Assembly (NCBI RefSeq): GCF_018350175.1
Contig: NC_058368.1
Coordinates: 27,902,001-27,966,000 of the forward strand
Origin: Felis catus
Lineage: Eukaryota
Direction: 5' to 3'
DNA: 64,000 bases
Shown piece after piece: positions 25,690-38,810 of this stretch. The notes under the pieces were generated by a model. That model made no database searches. It was not told where the DNA came from and was given only the letters and a program-made list of their open reading frames with translations. Every line of letters begins with the position of its first letter. The first letter of the stretch is position 1. The translations under genes and the position numbers were made by a program.

Positions 25690-26410
25690 CATGCCTGAAT
25701 GACACTGCTTTGCTCAGGTCACCAAAGGGTTCCTAATTGGCATCCCCAGTGGCCACATGTTAGCCTTCATCTTCGTCAGGCAGCCATTAGCCCTTCCTTT
25801 TTCTAATTTCCCTCTTCCCTGGACTTGGCTCTCCTACCTCCCTGAAAAGTCCCCTTCAAGCACACTGGTCCGTAGGGCTCCATGCCTCACAGCCTTTCTG
25901 GTCCCTGGGTTCCATCTCTGCTCTTCTCCCCTGGGGATCTCCCCTCCTCTTGCCTCTGCACCACCCCCAGGGCTGACTTTTCACCCCCTGCCAATACCTG
26001 CAGAATGCAGAGACCTGAAGTTCAACTTGTCCAAAACCAGACAATAATTCACTGTCCCTCAGATCAGCTCTCCTGGGGCTGTTGGCCCTGTGCTTCTCCC
26101 CCAGGTCTCCCAGTGGTCCTTTTGGTCTGTTCTGTCACAGCCAGCCTGAGTCCCCGGTTCTTCTGCCACCAGATCATTTGGTTTTTCTCCCTGTATTTCA
26201 TTCCTGGGTTTGGTCCTCCTTATTTTCTGCTACTGGAAAATGAGGACAGATGCCGGAGTCGTTTCCCTGATTCTTTCCTCATCTTCTCGGATTCATCCTG
26301 CTCAGTATTGGAAATCAGTCCTCAGGCCAAGCGCCTACTAAAAACACCACCAGTGATTCCCTACTGTTTACCAATTAAAGTTTATTAAAGTGTCTCCACG
26401 ACCAAGCTGT
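25690..26410 (+). mobile_element. L2 fragment
   Basis: ctgctttgctcaggtcaccaa...gacttggctctcctacctccctg...aagttcaacttgtccaaaac. Confidence 0.6.
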
Positions 26411-28570
26411 AATTTCTTCCCAGAGTTATTTTCCAGCACAAAATATATATTCTCTCTGCACTGCCGCCAAATTTAATTGCTTGTAAATGTTACAGTTAAT
26501 AAATATTCTTTCCAGTAGCTCTCAGGTACTGTAAATGAATAAACGACATAAGAAGGATGACTTAATATTGCCCTCTCACCATGAGATAGTTAATCATAAA
26601 ATTATAACTTTGAAATAATATGTAAAGTCTAAAAACTTTTTTTTTACTTGTTTCAATCATGTAGATTGCCTTCAGAATTGCACTAAAGATGAAAATCATT
26701 TTCTTTTTTTTGTGTATGCGCTTCTCCTGTTTCATAGGAAGGAAACTGATACCTTGAGTTTTAACACCTGACTTTTTCTTACCAAAATTAAAGCTCGTTT
26801 AACTTACATAGATTATACATAGACTTTTTCGATCTTAATTAACTCTTGGTCTGGTTTCATGTGTTTCTTGACCACCATTTCCATGATCTTGGTCACAATC
26901 CATTTGACATATCTCTCAGCAAAAAGCTGGCCCTTCAGTTAGGAAATGGAGGCACATTTTGCACCTTTTCCCAGCCTTTAGCACACCATCTGACCTCTCG
27001 GCAGCTGTCCCTCCCTCTCTCCACAACCCCTTCCTTTCCAACCTTGTGCCTCAAACAGAACCCTGGACTTATGGGACTTTGCCTTCTGATCTTCCTTATT
27101 TACATAAATATACAATGCAGCACATACTGTAATGACTTATAGAATTTAAATAGGTAATATATTTACAGTGGTATTTATTTATTTTTTCTCCTTCAACAAA
27201 GCCGGGCTTCTGAAACGCCACTGGCTTTCTATGATACTTTGTCAAGCCACCTTGATCATGTTTCTGGGCTCATTACATTATTTTCAAGGTGGAAGGCGTC
27301 TTTCTCTAGAACCCTCTGTTTGTAAACAGGTACTCATTTCCCCTCAGAGAACCACGCCCCATGGGCCTGGAGGATGCTGGAACTCACACCATATAGCTGA
27401 ATGTTTGGCTGAGTTACAATTGGGTAAAGCCTCTGACCCTGCTCCTAAGCTGTGATTTCCAATAGCTACAGGGATTTCCTCTACTTCTGACCTGACTGGA
27501 CCCGTTGTGTAACTGGTACAGTATGGTAGCCCTAATGTGGAGAAAAATGAGCGACAGTTCTCTGGAGGCAGACAAGGGATTGATTTCGAACATAGGGATT
27601 GATTACATTTCAGGCAACAGGACTGTAATTTAAGGGGTAAGGCAGAGTCAATGAGGCCAATATAATGGTTTCCTCTACAAGCACTGATGCAATTAGCAAC
27701 TCATTTTAATTGAAAAGGTGCAGGAACTCTTGGCCCTGTTCCTATGGCCTTCGTCACAATAGGAAATGGGAGGGAAAACCAAGTCAGGATTCGCTTTGGT
27801 GGAATGGTAATGCATATTTCATAATACCAAATCTAGGAACCATAAATCATTTTCGTAGAAAGTACTGCTATAATATGCCATTGGTCTGGCTTTGAATGAG
27901 AATAATTGGCACTTTATTTATGTGATTTATTGAAGGTTAGTATGGAGAATCTTTCTCTATCCCAAAAGCCACTCTTATCATGCAGTCCTTGGTCCTAAAT
28001 CTTTGCCAGACTTGCCAAACAGAAATTCAGTTTATTAAGGCTAAAGCCTTCTGGCTATTGAAGTCCCTTCTTACATGCTATCATACTTCAGTAAACATAA
28101 GTAGCACCTAGAATGCTACCTCTCTGATTCTGATTCACTGGGTCGAAGATGGGAGCCAGTTCGAAGATGGGAACTTAGATTTTCCTTAAGCATCCTAAGT
28201 GAGTCTGGTATATGAATTGTATTTTGATAAATACTGCTCTACATCTAGAGATAACATTTAAGTAGGTAATTATTAAATGTCTCAGGCTTATCTGAAATCA
28301 ATTTTTCCTTAACAGCATGTTGGAATATTGGAACACAAATCAGCTAAGTTTCAAGAGAGGGTCATGGCAAGAAAAAAGTATGCAGCACAGGGCAGTAGTT
28401 TGAGAAAACATGCTCAGACTGGGTGTCTAGGCAGGGAGCCCTGTCAGAAGCTAGCATAAAGGTACTGAGTGCATGTGGAAGGCAGCAGGGTGAAGACTAA
28501 AGTTGGATTGATCTCTGGGGGGCAATTGTCTGGGACTCACTCTTGGGGTCATGTAAGATTAAGTGTTTCT

Positions 28571-28752
28571 GGGGTGCCTGGGTGGTTCCGTCAGTTAAAC
28601 GGCCACCTCTTGATTTTGGCTCAGGTCAGGATCTCAAGGTTTGTGAGATCGAGCCGTGCGTCTGGCTTCGTGCTCTCAGCGGGGAGGAGATTCCTTGGGA
28701 TTCTCTGTCTCTCTCTGCCCCTCTAAACCCTCAAAATGAATAAATAAACTTT
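28571..28752 (+). mobile_element. Older Can-SINE
   Basis: ggggtgcctgggtggttccgtcagttaa...ggctcaggtcaggatctc...aaaatgaataaataaa. Confidence 0.9.
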
Positions 28753-28842
28753 TTATTTATTTTTATTATTTTTTTAATTAAAGAATGTTTCCTTCTGTTT
28801 TGCACCCTAGGTACCTCACTCACCTCACCCTAGTGCTGGCTT

Positions 28843-29363
28843 TGGTAGATAGCTTCTGCAATGGCTGCCAGTGGTCCCACCTTGTGGTATTCATGCCCTT
28901 GTGTAATCTGCTGCTCTTGTGTGTGGACTGAAGCTAGTGACTTGTTTCTAATGAGTAGAACATAGCAAAGGTGATGGGATGTCACTTCCAAGAGTAGGTT
29001 ATAAAAGACTGTGACTTCCATCTTCTACCCCCTCTCATGCTCTTTTGTTTTTTAACTCTGATGAAACAAGTTGCCATTTGTGATTTATTGTGGCTTATTG
29101 CCATTTCTGCCTTATTGAGAGACCTAGGTGGCAGGGAACTGAGGGGAGCCTCTAGACCATAGCCAGTGGATCCTTCCCTGGTTGAATCTTGACGTAAGAC
29201 CACAGCCTCAGCTGACACCTTGACTGTAATCTTTGGGAGACCCTGAACCAGAAGCCCCAACTAAGTCTTGCCCAGATTCCTGACCACAGAAACTGAGAGG
29301 GTAAATCTTGTTGAAGTCACTGTGTTTTTGTATGATTTTTTTTACTCAGTAGTAACTAATACA
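28843..29363 (+). mobile_element. MLT1E-like MaLR LTR
   Basis: tggtattcatgcccttgtgtaatc...gcaaaggtgatgggatgtcacttcc...cccagattcctgaccacagaaactg...gtaactaataca. Confidence 0.8.
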
Positions 29364-29759
29364 GTGCATAAAGATCGTGGTGGTGGTGGAGTGATGGTGC
29401 TGAACCTGAAGAGCAACATAAACAAGGAAAAGAGAGAAGGTACTGAGGACACACTGAACCCAGTTTTGTGTGTTTAAGCAGTTTGAACCAGGGATAGTTC
29501 TTCCTACAGGGGTTGCTTCCTTTTCTTCTTCCTCACCTCCTCCAAGTCTTTGCTGCCCTAAAAAATAGCTGGACAGTTGCTTAATCAACGTTGACTGCTA
29601 AACGTTGAAATTTCTTCTATCGAATCTCCAAGATTATTGCCGTCACCACCTCCTTGTCTATCGTGAACTCCTTCCCTGAAATTTGCTATGGTTCCTAATA
29701 AGGAGGTCTGTACTTAACAGTGATAGATAATATCTTCATCCGGCAGCCATAGCCACTAG

Positions 29760-30275
29760 AATATAAAAAAAGTAAAATGTCTGACATTGCAAGGATGTGG
29801 AGCAACGTGAACTTTTATAATTGCTAGTGGGAATGCAAAATGGGATGATCACTTGGGAAAACACTCTGACAGTAGTGTATAGAGTTAAATCTAAATCTAG
29901 CATACGACCTAGTAATCATACTTCTGGATATCTATCCAAGAGAAATAAAAACTTATGTGTACACAAAAGCTCATATTAATTTTTTTTTTGAGAGAGAGAG
30001 AGAGAAAGAAAGAGTACAAGCAGGGGAGGGGCAGAGAGAGAGGGAGACAGAATCCGAAGCAGGTTCCGGGCTCTGAGCTGTCCGCACAGAGCCCGATGTG
30101 GGACTCGAACCCACCAACCTATGGGATCATGACCTGAGCCGAAGTCAGGTGCTTAAACTGAGCCACCCAGGCGCTCCTATATTAAAATATTTATAGCAGT
30201 TTTATTTGTAATAGTCCAAAGCTAGGAACAATCCAAATGTTCATCAACTAGTGAATAGATAAGCAGACTGTGGTG
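29760..30275 (+). mobile_element. Old L1 ORF2 C-terminal fragment containing a SINE
   Basis: gcaaggatgtggagcaac...ttgctagtgggaatgcaaaatgg...tttatagcagttttatttgtaatag...aaatgttcatcaac. Confidence 0.8.
29980..30177 (-). mobile_element. SINEC_Fc
   Basis: gagccacccaggcgctcc end; short TSD atattaa. Confidence 0.93.
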
Positions 30276-30668
30276 TTACAGATTATCCTCTGTTCCCCTT
30301 TGTCTGTCTTTCTCAGGATTCTCTCAATGAGCGCCTTTCATCTAGCACCATAATCGGTCATATTCCTCATAGGCCTTTGGGGTGGGGCTCAACTGGGAGG
30401 GCATTATTTTCTCAGAAGGGAGAGACAGTAAGTGGGGCCTTCTGCACTGACTTAGATTTGTCCTTTTTTTATGGGCCTGGGACATTCACTTACCAATTAG
30501 CTCTTAGAAGCCTCTATTAGAAACAAGGTGCTTCTGAGATTTTTGATGCAAGGGATGCTGCTCAGAATCCTAAGTGGCCTCCTTAATATTCTGCATCACT
30601 AGCAAAGGCTTACACAGCAAATATTCATACCCATCAAAAAAAAAAAGTCTAAGATAAAAGTGCATGCA

Positions 30669-30753
30669 TAACATAACACTTAGAGCTGTTGAATCACTAT
30701 GTTGTACACCTGAAACTAATGTAACATTGTGCGTCAACCATACTTCAATTTTA
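30669..30753 (+). mobile_element. Extremely 5'-truncated L1_Carn 3' end (about 85 bp)
   Basis: gttgaatcactatgttgtacacctgaaactaatgtaacattgtgcgtcaaccatacttcaatt; perfect TSD aaaagtgcatgca at 30656-30668 and 30754-30766. Confidence 0.9.
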
Positions 30754-31919
30754 AAAAGTGCATGCAAGAAGTTCATCGGGATAAAAGGCCCATTTTGGAA
30801 GCAGTGGGAAAGCTAGTATAGGTCAAGTTAAATCTATCACGTACTTCAGTCCCTTAAGAGGGCTACTCTGTAGCTCACTATAGTTTCATTTATTTTTCTT
30901 CTTTTAAGCCTGTCTAATGATTCTTAGAACTGGAAAGCTACATGGAGTACATGAGTCAGGGCCAGGATTTGCAGAGGTCAAGAAACTTCTTTATTCTTTA
31001 TGAATGGTTGCAGAGAGAACGTCATCATCATCATCGATGGGATTATTTTTTTTCTTCCTTCTAATGGTACAGCATCTTCCTTCCAGATCACTGTCAGCAT
31101 ATCCCTCGTCAAACAAGTCTATAATTCCATCTCAAGCAACTCCTTTTACAGGCATGACAAAGTCATTGGCTGATTTAAATGAGGGAGGGGGGTTGAACAT
31201 TTAGCATAAAGATGAAGTAAAGGCATTTTTAAATTTTTTACTTTATGTGAGCACTGGTGTCTAACTTTCCAGACAGAAAAAAAAAAAAATCACTAGTGAT
31301 GAAAATAACAATTAAATGTAACTCATATAACACTGTACCACCGTATGTTGTTTTGATTCATTGTTATCTCCTTTTTGTTTTTGTTTTGTTTTGCTTATTT
31401 GTCTGGTCTTGGGTGCTCGCTTAAAACCAGTGAGGCCACGGAAAGGTTAGACTTGAGACCAGTTCTTTGGGGGCTCTTTCTCGTTCTGCTGAGAGTGTTT
31501 CTTCAGCTGCAAGGAAAAGATGCGTGCACGAATTCTTTTGCCTGTGTCATGATCAACTCCAGCTCCGTAGACGACCCCAGCTGTGGCAAGTTGATAAGTC
31601 CAAGTTTCAAGATGATACAAAGGGATTGAGTCAGGCAAGACCCAGAAGATTTGGGGCCAAATTAAATGTTACTCCTCGATGGGAAAGAAGAGAGGAAGGA
31701 GGATATGGAAATACACAGCCCAGTTTCTGCTGAGATGCTAGGCTCTGGAAACCCACCCCGCATGCTCGCTGTTAACTCAGTACTGGTTTGTGTATTTTCC
31801 GAATCTGCAGTGGGTGGCTTCAGCAGTCACCCGGGGACCGGGCACCCGGCGCCGTGTGATGACTTTTCCCTCTCACGGTTCTTGGGATTTCTCTGGAAGG
31901 TTCTAATTCAAAGGCAGCT

Positions 31920-31925
31920 TTTATT
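31920..31925 (-). terminator. Candidate proximal polyadenylation signal AATAAA for FAM216B
   Basis: First AATAAA I found on the minus strand after the stop (about 265 nt downstream). Further copies at 30995-30990 and 30894-30889. Usage unverified. Confidence 0.35.
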
Positions 31926-32188
31926 TGGAAAGCTTCAGAAGTCATTTCACTCTACACATTATATGAGGAGTAAAAGGCTTGTTTACGTTTAGCTCCACTG
32001 CTCTTAAACCCTTCTACTTGTTCTTGCTGGTAAAATTTATGTGAGTGGGAGGGAGATTATTCCTAGGTATGGGGTTTGTGTTAGAAGTTACTTTTTTTTT
32101 CCATTCTCATTCACCAAATAGGTACTGAGCACCCACTAGATGTCGGGGTACATGGGCAAAGCACCTGTTTCAGAGCTTGTGCAAAACC

Positions 32189-32575
<387 letters not shown>

Positions 32576-32724
32576 TCAGTTAAGTTAAAAAATACATGGT
32601 CATTGATCAACATGACAGATCAGTTGGGGAGGGACTTGGGCCATGAGTCATCTGAGCCTGACCTGCATATCTTCATTTTCAAAATTTTCCTCAAGCCAGA
32701 AACTGATATATTGAATCTCTGTCA

Positions 32725-32920
32725 GTGTTTTTAGAGTGTAGGCTGCAGACCAGCCACGACACAATCATCAGGCTGAGGCCACATTTAATAACGCTTTTTA
32801 GAAAATTCAGATTTCTGGCCCTATGCCAAAGACTTTCCTAATCAGAAACTCAGAAAGTTAGGTCTGGAAATCTGCATTTTGATATCTCATGCAGGTAGAT
32901 CTTATGCGCACTAAACACTG
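32725..32920. mobile_element. MER5-type hAT MITE (FAM216B intron)
   Basis: cagatttctggcccta...aatcagaaactc...gaaatctgcattttga. Confidence 0.65.
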
Positions 32921-33009
32921 AATGTCTCTTTCCCCGGGTTTCCTTGGCCTCTATGCAATTTTACTCTACGAACAAAGCTAGTAGATGATGCTTCTGCAAG
33001 ACTTCAGGC

Positions 33010-33240
33010 AATCCTGAGCAGGCTGCATCGAGCTCTGCCACTTACCGGTCACATGATCCTGGCCAAGTGATTTAACTTCTTCACCTCTCAATTTTCCTTT
33101 CTGCAAAATGTGGGTTATAAAAGCACCTACCATTGGATGGAGGTGACTGAGTTTCAAGTAAGACAATATTTGCAAAGTGCTCAGAACTGTCCCTGGCAGA
33201 TAGGAAGGCCTGATAACAGATACCTATTGTTACTGTTCTT
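33010..33240 (+). mobile_element. MIR (FAM216B intron)
   Basis: gctctgccacttac...ggccaagtgatttaacttct...tctgcaaaatg...aaagtgctcagaac. Confidence 0.75.
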
Positions 33241-34099
33241 GTTATTCAACCATTTGCAAAAACCGTGTCTTTTATGCAAACGCAGGAACAACAATATAAG
33301 GTTGAGGTGCTAATGTTAAGTGAGCTGCTTAGAAAAAGAAAGCTCTTCCAGTGACAGAGGCCAGCTGGAGACCGAAGTCATTTGCTAGAAGAAAAGAGAC
33401 TCAAAGACAGTCACATCTTTCACAAGGTTGTTGCTTAAAGTCTGTGAAGATCTTTTGCAACCATCATTTCATTTGTGCTTCATAAAATCCCATGAGGTTG
33501 GTAGAAGAAGAGAGATGTCAGAGCATGGGCGTGAAAATGCATGATCTGTGCAGGCGACGGCCCTGATATTCACTCTACGACTTGAGCAAGTTGTATAACG
33601 TGTCTGAGCTGCAGTTCCCCACTGCTGTGAACTGGGGAGAAAATGTATAATATATAATATTACATATTATATGTGTAGAGCTCCTAGCACAAGGTCTCTA
33701 GCATGGGAAATGCTCACGAAACGTAACTGTTATTGTTGTGAGTAAACCAAGCCTCTGAATTCGCACATCCAGCAAGCGGCTGACCTGTGGTTTGAGCCTA
33801 GACCATCTGCCAAAGCCCATTGCCATCTCTACTAGATCAAGTGCCTGTAAATCTCAGACAGTTGTTGACATTTTATGGCAATCCATACTCTGATTTCTTG
33901 AAGCCCTCTTAATTTACCCATAAAGCCTTGCTTAGGATTGTCAGGGATAATCATTTTTAAACATGGCCTGCCAGCCATGTTATAAAATAGCACACTGGCA
34001 GAGGAGGCCATTCTACTTGAATTATTTATCTGGAAACTTGACTTCCGGCTGCAGCACACGAGTCCCTCCCTAAGGTGCCTGGTTTGGGTCAGGTAGTTA

Positions 34100-34573
<474 letters not shown>

Positions 34574-34934
34574 CTAGGTTAAGTAAGTAGGTCAAGGTAT
34601 TGGGCTGAGAGAGATCTAAGGATTTCCAACATCTTATAATTTTATTTATCTAGTATGATCCTTGTTGGAGAAGGTAGGTCATGAGACTCTACACAGGGCC
34701 TGACGTAGACCCGGCTTCTGAATGGGGTCAAGAGAACTTCCCACCAAGAGTTGTCAGTAAGCAGGGGAGATAGCTGGATGAGTGGATGGGTAATGTGATA
34801 AAGGTTCACAGGTGCTAGTTAAAAGGTGCTATGAACACAGAGGAGGAAAATAAACTCTGTGCAAGGCTTTCTAAATGAGTTGACCAAAACATCGGAGTCT
34901 TAGGGTGAGGAGAAATTCCCCCAAAGAACCAGAA

Positions 34935-35111
34935 TACCGGTTCTCAAAGGGCATTGGCATCACCTGGGAACTTGTTAGAAATGCAAATTCTCAGGCTCCA
35001 CCGTAGATCTACAGAAGCCTAAACTCTGGGGAGTGGGACCCAGAACTCTGGGTTTTAACAAGCCCTCTGGGTGATTTCTGACACAAGCACACTAAAATTT
35101 GAGAACCACTG
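34935..35111. mobile_element. MER5A
   Basis: ggttctcaaag...catcacctgggaacttgttagaaatgcaaattctcagg...tttgagaaccactg. Confidence 0.88.
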
Positions 35112-35387
35112 TGCTGGAAGAAAAAGAAAGGCTAATTAGTGGGAGAAAGTAGTACAGATTTCCAATGGGGCACAAAATATCTGGATATATTGGGAAGCAG
35201 ACTTTTTTTTTTTTTTCTTCAAGCAAAATATAGAGTCTGAGCTGGGAAAGGCTTAGAGGTAGGCAGGGGAAGGTCATAAAAGCCTTATAGATGTAATGTT
35301 CCGACTCAAATCTTAAAAGTAATACTTAAAAAAAGTTTAAAGATTATCTTTTATATGAGGAGCCATTGAAGGTCTTTATTTAAGTCC

Positions 35388-35592
35388 GCAATTCTCAAAG
35401 GGAGTGATTTTGACCATTGAGGACATTTGACAATGTGTAAAGACATTTTTGGTTGTCATAAATGGTGAAAGGGAGGATGTATGCTACTGGCAGTCAGTAG
35501 GTAGGAGCCAGGAGTGCTGCTGAACATCCCACAGTGCACGAGACAGCCTCCCGGTCCCTCGTAACAAAGAATTATCCAACCCCAAATGTCAT
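35388..35592. mobile_element. MER20
   Basis: gattttg...ggacatttgacaatgtgtaaagacatttttggttgtca...gctactggca...aagaattatcc..cccaaatgtca. Confidence 0.85.
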
Positions 35593-35964
35593 CCTTTCAT
35601 GTGACCAGATTTTGCAGCTGGCCCTGCTGTGGAGGATGCGCTTCTGGGAAGACAGACCATTGGTAGGGAGAGCATTTAGAAGGCTGACCTCTAGGGCAAG
35701 CAAGGAGCAAGAAGGGCTGGGACTACAGTTTCTGTTATATACCTCATCTATCATCAACGCTTATCGTATGTAGATGGGGAGACTGAGATAGTGGCATCAG
35801 CATTCTAGAAAAATCAAAGAACAAGAAGTTCACCGTAGGCTAAAAAATTCAAAACAATGACAGAATTTTCAAAGCAAGTTGTTAACCATTGTAATGAAAA
35901 CTAAATTTAAGTGAATCAAATGTAAAAGTAAAGTGACTTTCATCTGTTAGAAATTTGGTGTGGA

Positions 35965-36116
35965 GGGGTGCCTGGGTAGCTCGGTGGGTTAAGAGTCTGA
36001 CTCTTGATTTCAGCTGAGGTCACGATGTCACCCTTCATGAGTTCGAGCCCTGCACTGAGCTCTGTGCCAACAGTGCTGAATTCTCTCTCTCCCTCTCTCT
36101 GCCCCTCCCCTGCTCG

Positions 36117-36156
<40 letters not shown>

Positions 36157-36180
36157 AATAAGTAAATAAACTTAAAAAAA
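35965..36180 (+). mobile_element. SINEC_Fc-type SINE, antisense within FAM216B intron
   Basis: ggggtgcctgggtagctc..., (CT)n, A-tail; degenerate TSD aaat(tt)ggt(g/a)tgga. Confidence 0.93.
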
Positions 36181-36963
36181 TGGTATGGAGTTGAAGCCTG
36201 TGTGTCAAATTTATTTTCTGGTGTCTAGAGACCTTAAGCTTGATATTGAAAATGTGTCCAGAGTGAAGGTAGCAAAGCCAAGTATTTCTCAATTTGAGAC
36301 ATCATTTCAACTTTACAGTTTGTGAATTAGATGTTTTAAAAGATATCTTTGAAGAAGATAATCGATTCTTAATTAAGCTTTTTCAAAAGACAGACAACAA
36401 TATAATATGAAAATAGCAAGCCAGTTTCAAAAGCAAAGCTCCAAAGGGCAATGGGAATAATCATTATAGAAGATAAAATCTTAGCAGTTATTGTTTTATT
36501 TCATGGGGGGGGGGGCGGGAATGCTATGTCCTTTCCTTAGCAGGGATCTGAGCTTCCTAAATAACAGTCCTAATATTCTTACCCTATTGCTTATCCTTCC
36601 TTGAGGCGATGGAAGAGAACTTAACTTTTGCAAAAAGTATTTATGAGAATGGCTTTAAATAACTTTGACTGGAAGGCACTAACATCGTTCTCTAGCAAGG
36701 AGCCATAACATGGTTTGCTTCCCGCCACCGATCAGTGCTTTTGCAATGAAGACAAGACTGTCCACAGAGCTCCTAAAATGCGCTGGGTATAGGATCGGAT
36801 CATCCAAGGGCTCATTTATTCACCACACAGGCCGTCAACATGCACTGAGGGCCTTTGTCAGGCACGATGTTACCAAATACTGGGTAAACAAAGACATGAG
36901 AAAAAGTTCTCAAGCTTTGAAGGAGAGACCTACAAATTTTCTCCATTAGCGAATGATATGCTA

Positions 36964-37068
<105 letters not shown>

Positions 37069-38630
37069 TTATCCTGTGCCTCCAGGGAACAACAAAGCAT
37101 AGCATGAAATTGCATTTTGTTCAGCCTATTTTGGGACCTAAGTAAATAAGTAAGCAAGTAAGTAAATAAAGAAACAAATAAATAGATGTTATTTATGTCA
37201 AGGGATAAGAAGTTTTCTCACATGTTTCCAAGTAATTGGATCTCACCAGACTGCTCAGTTCTGTACTTTTCCCTATTCCCACCTGCTATTTATGAAAGGA
37301 CTTTTCTTTCTGCTTCATCTTGTGTGTGCAACATGTAGACTGGGGAACCACTCCCTGTCACAAGTTATTTCTTATAGTTATAAATAATAGTTATTACTTT
37401 ATCTGACTTTAAAAGCAGTATATGTCATTTTTGAAAATTTATCCATGATCTAACTGTCCATAACTATTGGTGGCATTTGATTGATTTCCTATTATTCTTT
37501 CTTTTCTGTGTACATTTTGTATGGTTTTAGAAAAGGGAGATGCTACTCTATATGTTGTGCACTTTCCCAGCTCATTGAATATCCCTTAAAAAAGCCTATA
37601 ATTTTTAGTGGCAGTATAGTATTCCTTTACATTTTTCTCCGTTTCTTGCACATTTTGCAGTTTTCCGGCACTGCACTGTCCAAGAAACTATTAAACTTAG
37701 CTGTATTTCTTGCCAATTGCCCGACAAAATGAAGGAGCCGCAAAAAAGACTATGAGTAAGTCTTTTTTTTTCCTTTCCGTATTGTTTTAGGTTTGGAATC
37801 TGAGATGTGTACAATAATAAAAAAAATTAATAATCAAGGAGTAATAGACATATTGGAATAGGGTCGCCAAGGCATGGAGTGAGAACTCTAAGTGTTGTCT
37901 CCTCTGCTCATACCTTTGCCCTTGCCAACACCTACCCCCATCGGGTTGTTTGACTCACTGAGATCATGGCTATAGAAAGCTCTCCTTCATGCCAGTTCCT
38001 TCTCTCTCTCTCCTCTCCTTTATTATATGCTCATGCACATGCATACATAAAAGCACCCACATGTACACACGCTGAAGAAGTATTTCAACATGTGATAAAT
38101 CTCTGCTTCTGAATTCATGAAGCTAAGGCTCCGATCTTCCTGAAGAGAAATTTATTAGGAAAACATCAGCCAACATCTCTGTGTGTCTTGTTTCCACGAT
38201 ATAAACTTATAAATTAAACTATAAATATTGTACTTAATCCTGCCTTCCCTCAATGTGCACTTCAGAAACCACACTAACCAAGATAACTCTTTTAATATTC
38301 TCTGTGATAAAAGTTGACACTCTATCCTGTACTTAGATCTTCTCAGTATCCCTCCTCCCATTTTCCAGATCTGCAGAGCAGAGCATAAATATTCTTCAAA
38401 GCTAGAAAGATTTCTTCTTTCCTCAACTAGCATAAGGAAATGACTGACGATCTTTCTTGTGGCAACAATTCATGGGTGTTTTTCTTGGGCTATTGCTAAG
38501 GAAATCCTTCTTGCCTAGTCAAGTGGACTATACCTGATAAAGTTTGATTAGAATGCTTGGAAAATTCAAGGAGGGAAAATCTACCAAATAACTTCTGTCT
38601 GAGACAAAAAGATTTGCTTCAAAGACTTAC

Positions 38631-38745
38631 CCTGTATTATAAACTTCCCTCTTTTAAAAGCTGCTACTCCTATTCAGTGTAGTCTGCTTGCGAGGTCTCT
38701 TTCTTCATGGGATGGTGGCGGTCGAAATTCAGTCTGTTGATAAGC
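38631..38745 (-). other. FAM216B: Probable non-coding (5'UTR) first exon of FAM216B; 5' boundary approximate
   Basis: Consensus donor CAGG|gtaagt (intron begins 38630), 1.55 kb upstream of the ATG exon. That exon is itself preceded by an acceptor. A promoter-like motif cluster lies immediately upstream. Confidence 0.65.
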
Positions 38746-38746
38746 T

Positions 38747-38810
38747 GATATCTAGGCAACGTCATGTGATGAAACAAGGAGCTGGGGCGGGGGGGGGGGC
38801 GGGGGGGGGA
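38747..38810 (-). promoter_or_regulatory. Candidate FAM216B core promoter: X-box-like site, CRE half-site, E/M-box, GC boxes
   Basis: Minus strand reads ...CCCCGCCCC...catcacatgacGTTGCCTAGATATC. GTTGCC half-site at 38760-38755, TGACGT at 38764-38759, (G)TCATGTGA at 38761-38769, and GGGGCGGGG twice within 38784-38809. Confidence 0.55.

Noticed and set aside
25757..26388. Longest ORF in the track (168 aa)
   Set aside because: Lies on a pyrimidine-rich decayed L2; no domain recognised, no splice support.
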